This document shows positions 10,510-19,355 of a DNA stretch of 64,000 nucleotides, in pieces. The stretch's first letter is position 1; the number at the start of each line of letters is the position of its first letter. Under the pieces are notes generated by a model. It saw only the letters and a list, made by a program, of their open reading frames with translations. It was not told where the DNA came from and made no database searches. Position numbers and translations under genes: made by a program. Location of the stretch: the sequence record DRR378314_1779. One strand, written 5' to 3'.

Positions 10510-12186
10510 ATGGTTAAGTCGTTGTTTTCCTTGCTCTCTTTGGCGGCATTGTCATCAGCTTTTGCGGCGCCGTCAAATGCTGCCGATGACGATACGTACC
10601 GACATTTATTGCTGGCTGGTGGCGGTCTGACGGCCTGTTCCAGTTTCGCGTCGGATAACTGTGATGACGTTGACTGGATTGATAAGGAAACGATGCGCAC
10701 TGACAGATATTTAAACCTGTCGAAAAAGTTCCGTTCGAAAGCAACGGCAGAATCGGTTTGGCCAACTTACCGTGAAGAAACTCGCAAAAAAGTCGCTGAT
10801 GCGCTGGAATTAGTTCACGAGCGTTTAAAAGAAGACATTGTTCCTGAGCGCGTCTTTCTGCGTGAGTTCACCCGGCGGGCGACACAACAGCTTTATAACT
10901 CGTTGTCAGATGCTGAGTGGAACCGGATTATTGATTTAATTGAGCTACCGGTTCCGGATTCTGCACGTGAAGTGGTTAATCTGGATGAAAACCTCAAAGG
11001 TGAGTCAAAAGCTATTTTTCAGCGCTTTGTTCAAATGGCGCAGTCAGTTGCCGGAGATGAACGGAAGCCAAAGGTGTATTTCCTGACCTCTGCATCACGT
11101 AATCCGTACGATAAGATAGATTTTTACAATAGTGTATTTGAACAGCTGGGAGCAGAAGTGCATTGGCTGCCACTGGATTCTGCTGTAGTAAAAGCTCAGC
11201 GGGAAGGTCGTTGCGATGAACTGGCAAAAATTCAGCAAAAGCAATTAGGTGCTTATGAACGTGACCGGGTGCATAAAGACCGGTATCAGGAGCAAGTCGC
11301 TTTTTGCAAAGATTCTGATGCGGCCGCAGAGATGCTGGCCGATGCCGATGGACTGTTTTTTAATGATGGTGATCAGAACCTGACTCGTTCAACCTTTATT
11401 AAGGCGAATAATGAACCCGGCGATGTGCTGAAGACGATTATTGCAGCTGTGCAACAAAAGGAAGTGGTTATTGGCGGAACGGGTGCCGGCACTGCGGTTA
11501 TGACTTCTAAGCCTATGATTTCTAATGGCACAACCGCTCAGGCCATAAAAGAGGGAGCGATTGCTTCCGATCCTCCTCCATTTGGTTGCAATTTAGACAC
11601 CACCTGTCCGCCGAATGTTGGACCTGATAGCCTGACTTACCATCCGCTGGGCGGCTTAAGTTTGTTTCACTATGCCACATTGGATACTGAGTTTTCTGAG
11701 CGCGGGCGGCAGGGGCGCTTAATGCGTCTGGCAGCTGCGAGTTCCACACCATTATCTATTGGTATTGACGAAAACACCGCAATGGAAGTGAATTTAGAGA
11801 GTGGTGCTTTCAACATTATTGGTGAGCGTGGTGCGTTTATGGTGGAAGATGCACAAGGAACCGATAATGCCGTAGCTGCTACGTTTCATTATCTGGTCGC
11901 CGGAGCATCGGGGGTTATCTCTCCGTATGGATTACAAACCGCCGAGTTTGCGGAGGGTGATGATGTGGTTCAGGAAGAGCCAACAACAAACTTTCTCAGT
12001 GATCGTGGCTTAATTGATTCTATGCGCATTTTGTGTGGCGAGCGTAAGCAGGTTAGCTTGCTGAATAAAGACTTCCGTTTAATTGCACAGCGCGGGGAAT
12101 CCAGTCGCGTGCAGTCTTCAGGTGGCGAATGCCAGATTGTAAACGGCAGCATTGGTATTGCCTGGCAGCCACAGGAAAAGCTGTAG
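10510..12186 (+). CDS. Secreted cyanophycinase-like (peptidase S51) protein with altered catalytic residues
   Basis: Signal peptide; LLAGG, FLTSAS, ADGLFFNDGDQ, IGGTGAG, LDTEFSERGRQGRL and IGIDENTA align with S51 motifs. Confidence 0.8.
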   Translation: MVKSLFSLLSLAALSSAFAAPSNAADDDTYRHLLLAGGGLTACSSFASDNCDDVDWIDKETMRTDRYLNLSKKFRSKATAESVWPTYREETRKKVADALELVHERLKEDIVPERVFLREFTRRATQQLYNSLSDAEWNRIIDLIELPVPDSAREVVNLDENLKGESKAIFQRFVQMAQSVAGDERKPKVYFLTSASRNPYDKIDFYNSVFEQLGAEVHWLPLDSAVVKAQREGRCDELAKIQQKQLGAYERDRVHKDRYQEQVAFCKDSDAAAEMLADADGLFFNDGDQNLTRSTFIKANNEPGDVLKTIIAAVQQKEVVIGGTGAGTAVMTSKPMISNGTTAQAIKEGAIASDPPPFGCNLDTTCPPNVGPDSLTYHPLGGLSLFHYATLDTEFSERGRQGRLMRLAAASSTPLSIGIDENTAMEVNLESGAFNIIGERGAFMVEDAQGTDNAVAATFHYLVAGASGVISPYGLQTAEFAEGDDVVQEEPTTNFLSDRGLIDSMRILCGERKQVSLLNKDFRLIAQRGESSRVQSSGGECQIVNGSIGIAWQPQEKL

Positions 12187-12190
12187 CGGC

Positions 12191-12349
12191 TGGGAAACTG
12201 GGAAAGCGAGTGCTGAGGTTACGAGGAGTCTTTTGGAGGACGCCCGTGAATACATCCTTGTAGGGCTTGAGCAGCGCCATCCACGGCGCTGCACACCTCC
12301 ACAAGACCCCTCGCAACCGTCAGGCGCACTCTTATTCCCCGATATCCCA
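12191..12349. repeat. Long branched imperfect palindrome (candidate intergenic repeat, MITE or structured RNA)
   Basis: Arms 12217-12239 and 12296-12318 match at 20/23 as an inverted repeat; further outer arms (GAGTGC/GCACTC, TGGGA/TCCCA); two internal hairpins. Confidence 0.7.
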
Positions 12350-12358
12350 ACTGATGCA

Positions 12359-12414
12359 GTAGCCTGACATTCATGTCAGGTGAGATATTGGACCTGACGT
12401 AAACGTCAGGCGAC
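12359..12414. repeat. Inverted pair of GTAG-type REP-like palindromes
   Basis: GTAG-CCTGACAT-TC-ATGTCAGG on + (12359-12380) and GTCG-CCTGACGT-TT-ACGTCAGG on - (12414-12393). Confidence 0.7.
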
Positions 12415-13050
12415 GCCGAATTCGGCGCGATACGCTTCAACTTTGGGAAGATATTCTTTAAAGGTGTCGTCATCTTTCAAGAAGTTGATCACGTCATTTA
12501 AGCTGACAATGCTGACAACCTGAGCGCCAAAATCACGCTCAACTTCCTGAATGGCTGATAACTCGCCTTTGCCTTTTTCCTGACGGTCGAGAGCAATAAG
12601 AACGCCGGACAATTCGGCGCCGTTCGTTTCGACAATCTCCATGGCTTCGCGAATCGCTGTGCCGGCGGTGATCACGTCATCCACCAGCATCACTTTACCT
12701 TCCAGCGCAGAGCCCACCAGGTTACCGCCTTCGCCGTGGTCTTTCTTTTCTTTACGGTTAAAGCAATATGGGGTGTCCTGCTGATGGTGGTCGTATAAAG
12801 CAACCGCTGTGGCAGTGGCAATTGGAATACCTTTATAAGCTGGGCCAAAAAGCACATCAAAACTGATACCGGAGTCGACCAGCGCGGCGGCATAAAAGCG
12901 GCCTAAGCGTGCTAAGTCAGAACCTTTATTAAACAGCCCGGCATTAAAAAAGTACGGGCTGGTGCGGCCGGACTTTAAGGTAAACTCACCAAACTTTAAT
13001 ACGCCACGCTCTATGGCAAACTCAATAAACTCTTTTTGATACGCTTTCAT
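12406..13050 (-). CDS. pyrE: Orotate phosphoribosyltransferase
   Basis: [37 protein letters not shown] and VDDVITAGT; start set at ATG 13050. Confidence 0.98.
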   Translation of the reverse strand: MKAYQKEFIEFAIERGVLKFGEFTLKSGRTSPYFFNAGLFNKGSDLARLGRFYAAALVDSGISFDVLFGPAYKGIPIATATAVALYDHHQQDTPYCFNRKEKKDHGEGGNLVGSALEGKVMLVDDVITAGTAIREAMEIVETNGAELSGVLIALDRQEKGKGELSAIQEVERDFGAQVVSIVSLNDVINFLKDDDTFKEYLPKVEAYRAEFGVA

Positions 13051-13085
13051 TGCTGAAGGGTTCCTCACCTACTGTTACACCAAAT

Positions 13086-13799
13086 TTATGCTAAAGCTTG
13101 TTTCTGAATATCAATTAACTCGCGAATGCTGTGACGAGCCATTTCGACCAGGCTGTTCATTTCGTCAAAACTGAAGGCTTCGCCCTCGGCTGTGCCCTGA
13201 ATTTCGATAAACTTACCGGCTTCTGTCATGACTATGTTCATGTCGGTATCGGCTTTTGAGTCTTCAATGTATTCAAGATCGCTGACCGGTTCGCCATCTA
13301 AAATACCGACTGAAATTGCCGCGACCATTTCTTTTAACGGGTTCACTTTAACCATACCTTGCGCCCGCATCCAGTTCAGCGCGTCAACTAAGGCGACACA
13401 AGCACCGGTAATAGACGCGGTACGTGTGCCACCGTCGGCCTGAATCACGTCACAGTCGATAGTAATGGTGTGCTCACCTAAGGCGCTCATGTCGATGCAG
13501 GTACGCAGTGAACGGCCAATTAAGCGCTGAATTTCTAAGGTACGACCGCCTTGTTTACCGCGGGAGGCTTCGCGGGCAGAACGGGTATGAGTTGCGCGTG
13601 GTAACATGCTGTATTCAGCGGTAACCCAGCCCTGGCCTTTACCTTTTAAAAAGCGCGGAACGCCGCGCTCTACCGATGCATTACAAAGCACCTTGGTTTC
13701 ACCAAACTCAATTAAAACCGAGCCTTCTGCGTGTTTGGTAAAGTTACGGGTAATGGTTACCGGTCGAATTTGTTGTGCCGTACGGCCACTTGGACGCAT
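13086..13799 (-). CDS. rph: Ribonuclease PH
   Basis: [27 protein letters not shown] and [13 protein letters not shown]; upstream of pyrE. Confidence 0.99.
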   Translation of the reverse strand: MRPSGRTAQQIRPVTITRNFTKHAEGSVLIEFGETKVLCNASVERGVPRFLKGKGQGWVTAEYSMLPRATHTRSAREASRGKQGGRTLEIQRLIGRSLRTCIDMSALGEHTITIDCDVIQADGGTRTASITGACVALVDALNWMRAQGMVKVNPLKEMVAAISVGILDGEPVSDLEYIEDSKADTDMNIVMTEAGKFIEIQGTAEGEAFSFDEMNSLVEMARHSIRELIDIQKQALA

Positions 13800-13935
13800 G
13801 TCATCTCCTTACTGAGTGAATGTCGCGATGTATAAATTGAGCGCAATTGTAGCAGAATTGCACGATTAATGGATCGCGATTCGCGCAGCAACGTATTACA
13901 CTAGACCGAGCAAAAGAATATGAGCGGGAGGCAGT

Positions 13936-14523
13936 ATGTCGCGTTCAGATGATGAAGAATTTGAGTTGTTTCGTCAGGAAATGACTGACGTAACGCCCTT
14001 GGCGGGTGAAGAAGTTGCTGATATTAAGCAGGCTTTTGAACCGACGCTGGCGCAAAAAGAGCGCCGCCGTGCCGCTGAGGCAGAAGAAGCTGAAAACGAA
14101 AACTTTTTATCGACTGAGTATGTAGACTTGGTTGAGCCCGAGGACGTTATTGAGTTTCATCGCGATGGTGTTCAGGCTGGAGTGTATAAACGCCTTAAAC
14201 AGGGGCGTTACAGCATGGAAGCCAGTTTGAACTTGCACCACCATACGTTGGCAGAGGCGCGCACGGCACTGTTTAACTTTGTGAAAGATTGTCACGCCGC
14301 GGGTGTACGTACGGCTTTAATCATCCACGGCATGGGCAAGCACACAAAGCCGCATCCGGCGCTGATAAAAAGTTACGTGAATAAGTGGCTGCGCGAGCTG
14401 GAACCTGTACTGGCGTTTCATAGCGCACAGCGACCGCATGGTGGCCGCGGCGCGGCCTACATAATGATGAAAAAGAACGCCGAACAGAAACAAAAGAACC
14501 GTGAAAAGCACGCTAAGCGGTAA
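13936..14523 (+). CDS. smrA: Smr-domain DNA endonuclease SmrA
   Basis: LFRQEMTDVTPL N-terminus, LNLH, IIHGMG, KSYVNKWL and HGGRGA Smr motifs. Confidence 0.85.
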   Translation: MSRSDDEEFELFRQEMTDVTPLAGEEVADIKQAFEPTLAQKERRRAAEAEEAENENFLSTEYVDLVEPEDVIEFHRDGVQAGVYKRLKQGRYSMEASLNLHHHTLAEARTALFNFVKDCHAAGVRTALIIHGMGKHTKPHPALIKSYVNKWLRELEPVLAFHSAQRPHGGRGAAYIMMKKNAEQKQKNREKHAKR

Positions 14524-14543
14524 CTGAGTAAGGTGGTGGCCGA

Positions 14544-15617
14544 CTAGAGTCGGCCACTCATGATTAAACCCGCGATGAAGGATATTCCCCCGCCACCAAA
14601 ACCAAGAACGGCGCCTAAATAGCAGCTCCAGCGTTTTGATTTTGGGTTATTAACGTGACGCTGCACCTGAACTTGATAGTACATGATGCCAGACACTAAC
14701 AAACTGTAGGTCGCAAGCGGAAGAATCCAGCCGGGGTCCAGCTCATAACTGGCAAAAAACAAACCGCCTATAACGACCAAGAATACGGCTGCCCGATTTC
14801 GCAAACGAACCAGATGCTGTTTCGCCTGGTGTGTTGGGGCGTACTTCTGTGCCTGACGGGAGCCGATAAACAATCCAGCTAAAGCGGAGAAAATACCAAT
14901 GGCTGCAATACCTAAAAAGGTGATCCACTTGATTCCGCTACCGAGTGCGCCGGTAGCCGATAAGCCAGCCGCAGCTGAGGGCGGGCTGCTTAATGTTAGT
15001 GCGGTGCTGAGTATTGTGGTGACGCTGAGCGACGGAGCACTGATTAAGGCGGCTTTCCCTACTCGGTTCAGTAAGTCTTCTGCAAGCGCTTTGCGGGCAC
15101 GGGACAAACGTTTACGCACTGTTGCTGAGTCAATACCCAGCAGTTCAGCAACGTGCTCACTGGATTGTTGCTCGCGATAATACAGCAGCACGATATCGCG
15201 ACTGTCGTCGGGGAGCCGGGTTAGCGCTTGTGCAATAATCTGTTGTCGCTGTTGCTGGGTAAAAGCTTCATCCGGCTGTTCAGTTGCTATTAGTTGTTCC
15301 AGCTCTTTGTCGAGAGGTTTTTGCCGTTGACGGTGATTGTGTTTTTCCTTCTCAAGCCACTGATAAGCACAGTGGCGCGTGGTCTGACGAAGCCAGGGCA
15401 GAAAGCTTTGTGCTTGTTTCAACTGGTTTATTTTTTGCCAGGCCAATATATAGGCTTCCTGGGCTATGTCCTCACTGGCCTTAACGTCATGCACGATGGC
15501 AAGCGCAACGCTGGTCACTAAATTTTGTGTGCGCTGAACAATTTCAGAAAAAGCCGATTTATTGCCCGCTTGCGCCTGTTCGACGTGTCGGGTTAATGCA
15601 GCGGTGTTACTGGGCAT
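14544..15617 (-). CDS. ECF sigma-70 factor with a C-terminal multi-pass membrane extension
   Basis: Region 2 (SEDIAQEAYILAW, FLPWLRQ) and region 4 (LLYY...VAELLGI...VRKRLSRAR), then about 4 hydrophobic helices. Start ATG 15617 has a GAGGAG RBS. Confidence 0.9.
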   Translation of the reverse strand: MPSNTAALTRHVEQAQAGNKSAFSEIVQRTQNLVTSVALAIVHDVKASEDIAQEAYILAWQKINQLKQAQSFLPWLRQTTRHCAYQWLEKEKHNHRQRQKPLDKELEQLIATEQPDEAFTQQQRQQIIAQALTRLPDDSRDIVLLYYREQQSSEHVAELLGIDSATVRKRLSRARKALAEDLLNRVGKAALISAPSLSVTTILSTALTLSSPPSAAAGLSATGALGSGIKWITFLGIAAIGIFSALAGLFIGSRQAQKYAPTHQAKQHLVRLRNRAAVFLVVIGGLFFASYELDPGWILPLATYSLLVSGIMYYQVQVQRHVNNPKSKRWSCYLGAVLGFGGGGISFIAGLIMSGRL

Positions 15618-16503
15618 GACAACGCTCCTCAATAAAGTCGGTGGTTTGCTGAATAAAGGATTGCGGCTGGTCCCACATAATAAAATGGCGCGCCTGCTCA
15701 AACTCTACCAAGGTTATCAGGTTGCTACCACTGACTTGTTTTTGGTAATGCGTCATAGCGGCAGCGCGTTGCTCTTTCGGAAATGCACCCGTTGCTGCCA
15801 TCTGTAACACCGGAATCTCCAGTTGTGTTAGTTGAGGTCTTAAATCTGTTGTCATCAACTCATAGATAGCACGCCCTGCCGTTTTCGGATCGGACGATTT
15901 AGCCATATCTACAATAAGTTTTTGCCCTTGGGTTGAAGCAGTGTGCCGGGAGACTCCCTGCGCTGTTTGACCCGCCATGGTTGCTGCAGACATTTGTTGA
16001 TATGCCGCCAATAACTGCTGTGCCTGAGGTTTGGCTTGGTCTGCATTTAAAGCTGGGTTCATCGTCACTAATGCAGAGAAAAACGGGACGCCATCAACGG
16101 CAACCACACAGCTTATGGCAGTCTTATCGGCTAAGGCTAACTGGTAACCGAGGAAGCCGCCCAGACTATGACCTACAATTACCGCATTCCCGGAGGTATG
16201 GTCCGTTAGATAGTTGGTTATGGCAGCCATGAAGGGCTGGGTAAATTGTTGCCGTAGTGGCGGGTAATGTGGCTGGTCACCAAAACCGGCAATACTGAGC
16301 TGATGAACCCGATAATTTTTACTCAGTTTATGTGCAGTATCCTGCCAAACTCGACTGTCGCTGGTAAGGCCGGGTATGAGCAACACATCCTGCCCGCTAC
16401 CCGACACCTGACTTGAAAGAATGTCTGAGTTTTCATTGGCAAACGCAGGGTTCATACTGGCATTGACTATGAATGACAAAATAACGGCTATTGTGAATTT
16501 CAT
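15607..16503 (-). CDS. Secreted alpha/beta hydrolase
   Basis: Signal peptide, LLIPGL, GHSLGG nucleophile, VDG and ARHFIMWDQP catalytic His. Confidence 0.9.
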   Translation of the reverse strand: MKFTIAVILSFIVNASMNPAFANENSDILSSQVSGSGQDVLLIPGLTSDSRVWQDTAHKLSKNYRVHQLSIAGFGDQPHYPPLRQQFTQPFMAAITNYLTDHTSGNAVIVGHSLGGFLGYQLALADKTAISCVVAVDGVPFFSALVTMNPALNADQAKPQAQQLLAAYQQMSAATMAGQTAQGVSRHTASTQGQKLIVDMAKSSDPKTAGRAIYELMTTDLRPQLTQLEIPVLQMAATGAFPKEQRAAAMTHYQKQVSGSNLITLVEFEQARHFIMWDQPQSFIQQTTDFIEERCHAQ

Positions 16504-16714
16504 TTTTTATTTCCTTTGTTGTGACCGGCTACGGCGGTTTACTGTGTGGCTTAATGTTGCGTACTCAGTAATAAAGTCAGGTTGGCCGTTAAAAGTGTGA
16601 CATCTTTATTTATCGAGGCTTTGACTTCACCTTGGTCGGGATCACAGGTAATATCAGCGCACACTGTTATCACAACGTCATCCGCAACGGCTGCTTAGCA
16701 GCAAAGGAACCGAC

Positions 16715-17578
16715 ATGATTCAAAGTATGACTGGCTATGCTCGTTACGAGCAAAAAGCTGACTGGGGCACCGCGGTTTGGGAAATACGTTCCGTTAACCA
16801 ACGGTATCTGGAAACCTACTTCCGCCTGCCGGAAACCTTTCGCTCTCTGGAAAACTCATTACGCGAACAGTTTCGTAAAAAGCTGCAGCGCGGCAAAGTT
16901 GAGTGCAAGCTTAGCCTGCAGGTAGATGAAGCCCAGCAAAGTGCCTTGTCGATTAACGAAGACCTGGCAAAAAGCGTGATTGCCAGTGCCAAGTGGGTGA
17001 GTCAGCATTCCGCTGCGGGGCAGTTGAACCCTATTGACGTTCTCAAATGGCCAGGCGTGGTTGCTGCTCAGGACCAGGACATGGATGAGCTGCAAAAAGA
17101 CGTTTTGGCTGCGTTGGAAAAGACCACCAACGACTTTATTGAGAACCGCAAAAGTGAAGGCGCAGCCATTGATAAAATGCTGCAGGAGCGCTTAGACGGA
17201 GTGACCAGACAGGTAGCTTTTGTGCGAGAACGTATGCCAGAAGTCATGGCATGGCAACGTGAGCGCTTACTAACCCGCTTTGAAGAAGCGAAAGTCGAGC
17301 TTGACCCGCAACGCGTTGAGCAGGAAATGGTCATGCTGGCGCAGAAAACCGACGTAGCCGAAGAGCTCGACCGCTTAGACGCCCACGTGGAAGAAGCCCG
17401 CAAAATACTGAAAAAAGGCGGCCCTTGCGGACGCCGCCTGGACTTTATGATGCAAGAGTTCAACCGCGAAGCAAACACCCTGGCCTCTAAGTCTATCAAC
17501 TCTGACATTACCGCCGCCGCTGTGGAGCTTAAGGTCTTGATTGAACAGATGCGTGAGCAGATCCAAAACATAGAATAA
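16715..17578 (+). CDS. yicC: YicC/YloC family endoribonuclease
   Basis: SMTGYA, EIRSVNQRYLE, GRRLDFMMQEFNREANT and EQMREQIQNIE. Confidence 0.97.
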   Translation: MIQSMTGYARYEQKADWGTAVWEIRSVNQRYLETYFRLPETFRSLENSLREQFRKKLQRGKVECKLSLQVDEAQQSALSINEDLAKSVIASAKWVSQHSAAGQLNPIDVLKWPGVVAAQDQDMDELQKDVLAALEKTTNDFIENRKSEGAAIDKMLQERLDGVTRQVAFVRERMPEVMAWQRERLLTRFEEAKVELDPQRVEQEMVMLAQKTDVAEELDRLDAHVEEARKILKKGGPCGRRLDFMMQEFNREANTLASKSINSDITAAAVELKVLIEQMREQIQNIE

Positions 17579-17588
17579 CGCTTTTTGA

Positions 17589-17612
17589 GTAGCCTGCGGT
17601 TATTATCGCAGG
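17589..17612 (+). repeat. Single GTAG-type REP-like palindrome after yicC
   Basis: GTAG-CCTGCGGT-TATT-ATCGCAGG; same GTAG-CCTG...CAGG-TG frame as the element at 12359. Confidence 0.45.
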
Positions 17613-17619
17613 TGCGATC

Positions 17620-18210
17620 TCATAAGTCAGTAAACCGCAACAACCGGGCAATATTCAACGCATCATCAATACCGCGATGGTGCGTTCCCTCAAACGATAA
17701 ACCATGATATTTCATAGCATTGGCTAAGTCAGCGCTACGACTATTCACTTTGCCCCGCCGCCACTCTTGCTTGATGTTCATGTGCGACAGTGAGAAGAAT
17801 TCAGGTGACATTTCATGACGGTGGGACTCTGCCCCAATTTGGTTCTTGTCGTAATTACCCCATGAGCCCCAGGCCGCTAAATCATAATTCTCCAACCACT
17901 GGTTTATCTTAGGCACTACGTCTTGATAAATCGGGGCTGAGTCAACATCCCTTTGTGTAATACTGGTTAATTGAGTACAAAAATTGCTGAGCTTTGGATG
18001 TACCTGTGGACGAACCATAAACGATCGGGAGTCCACCACGGCTCCGTCTAATTGTGCGATGACACAACCGAATTCAATGATCTCCATATCGTCGACGGTT
18101 TGCTTACGATCTAAACCTTCAACATTGCCGTCCCAGCAGGTGGCTTCAAGGTCTACTATCAGAATAAGCTTTTGTGAATTCAATAGAGTGAATGACCTCG
18201 TTTTAGTCAA
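17620..18210 (-). CDS. DEDDh 3'-5' exonuclease (ERI-1/KapD-like)
   Basis: IVDLEATCW, EIIEFG, FCTQLTSI, WGNYD and GTHHRGIDDALN. Confidence 0.9.
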   Translation of the reverse strand: MTKTRSFTLLNSQKLILIVDLEATCWDGNVEGLDRKQTVDDMEIIEFGCVIAQLDGAVVDSRSFMVRPQVHPKLSNFCTQLTSITQRDVDSAPIYQDVVPKINQWLENYDLAAWGSWGNYDKNQIGAESHRHEMSPEFFSLSHMNIKQEWRRGKVNSRSADLANAMKYHGLSFEGTHHRGIDDALNIARLLRFTDL

Positions 18211-18272
18211 AACAACTAACCAATAAATGCTAGTATGTTGTTTGTTTTTTTACGCTAAGCGAAAGCTAATCA

Positions 18273-19355
18273 CTAGTTAACTGCCGGCAGAATGTATTCT
18301 TCCAAAAGCCCAAAAGCTTGCTCCATTTCCGGAAACTGTCCGTAGTACTCGCCGGTAAATACTGCGACTAATTCTAACTTCGGGAAAATCATAATGAACT
18401 GGCCGCCGTTCCCCCAGGCTTCAATAGAGTGAATGGTTTGGCCATTGATGTTTCGGTTGCGCATTCTCCAAAGGTAACCAAAGTCTTCACCCTTAAAGTT
18501 ACTGGTTGCGTGCTTTTGGGTTGATTCATTTATCCAGCTTTCAGAAACCAGCTGAACCTCTTTCCACTGCCCTTTGTTCAAAATAAGCTGCCCAATTTTG
18601 GCCATATCCCGAGGGCGCATATTGAGACCTCCACCGGTCATAGCGAGTCCTTGGTTGTTGAGTGAATTGGTTATTGGCCAGCGGACTTCTTCAATACCCA
18701 TCGGCCCAAACAGAAATTTATCGGCAAACTCTGGAATGCGCATACCCGAGGCTCGGGTAATAATATTTCCCAAGGTAACAACGCCACTTGTAGCGTATGA
18801 GAACGAGCTCCCGGGATCTGCTACTAAAGGCTGATCCAGATAAAATTTAATCCAGTCATCGGTTGAGTACATCTCATCTTCATTGCCTTTGATACCCGAG
18901 CTCATACTCAATACGTGGGCAATCGAAACATCATTTTTTCGTCGATCCCAATGCTCAATCTTTCCGTTGTATTCAGGGAAGTAGGCAAAAACCGACTCGT
19001 TCACGGACTTGATGTATCCTTTGTCTATAGCAATCCCGATGAGTAGAGAGGTGATGACTTTGCTGGCGGAGCGCGTTGAATGCAGCTTGTCTTTATCAAA
19101 GTTATTAAAATAAGCTTCGAATACCAACTTATTATTGCGCACAAGAAGCACGCTACTAATGCCCGGATAGTCATCGGTGATCAGCTTGCGGTGCATATCT
19201 TTAATTAAACTGGCCTTGATGTTCTGCTTTTCGAGTTCTGAGACTTCCCATTCATGCTGACCCTTGTCTGAGCGATAGTTTTGCTGTGACTGACTAAAGC
19301 AAGCTACTAAAATTAGGCAACAAAGCATCAGCATGCATAGGCGTGTCAAATTCAT
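18273..19355 (-). CDS. Beta-lactamase-fold serine hydrolase lipoprotein (NylB/class C-like)
   Basis: Lipobox LVAC; SASK (SxxK), FSY, RPRDMAKIG and AWGNGGQ. Confidence 0.88.
   Translation of the reverse strand: MNLTRLCMLMLCCLILVACFSQSQQNYRSDKGQHEWEVSELEKQNIKASLIKDMHRKLITDDYPGISSVLLVRNNKLVFEAYFNNFDKDKLHSTRSASKVITSLLIGIAIDKGYIKSVNESVFAYFPEYNGKIEHWDRRKNDVSIAHVLSMSSGIKGNEDEMYSTDDWIKFYLDQPLVADPGSSFSYATSGVVTLGNIITRASGMRIPEFADKFLFGPMGIEEVRWPITNSLNNQGLAMTGGGLNMRPRDMAKIGQLILNKGQWKEVQLVSESWINESTQKHATSNFKGEDFGYLWRMRNRNINGQTIHSIEAWGNGGQFIMIFPKLELVAVFTGEYYGQFPEMEQAFGLLEEYILPAVN

Noticed and set aside
12191-12414. CRISPR array, tRNA or CsrB/RsmZ sRNA
   Set aside because: No repeat-spacer periodicity or cas genes; no tRNA D/T-loop motifs; only two clearly looped GGA sites and no own terminator, unlike the many-GGA CsrB family.
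12053-12473. Short ORFs (71-87 aa) over the palindromic element
   Set aside because: They overlap real genes and the repeat, and show no RBS or protein-like motif.
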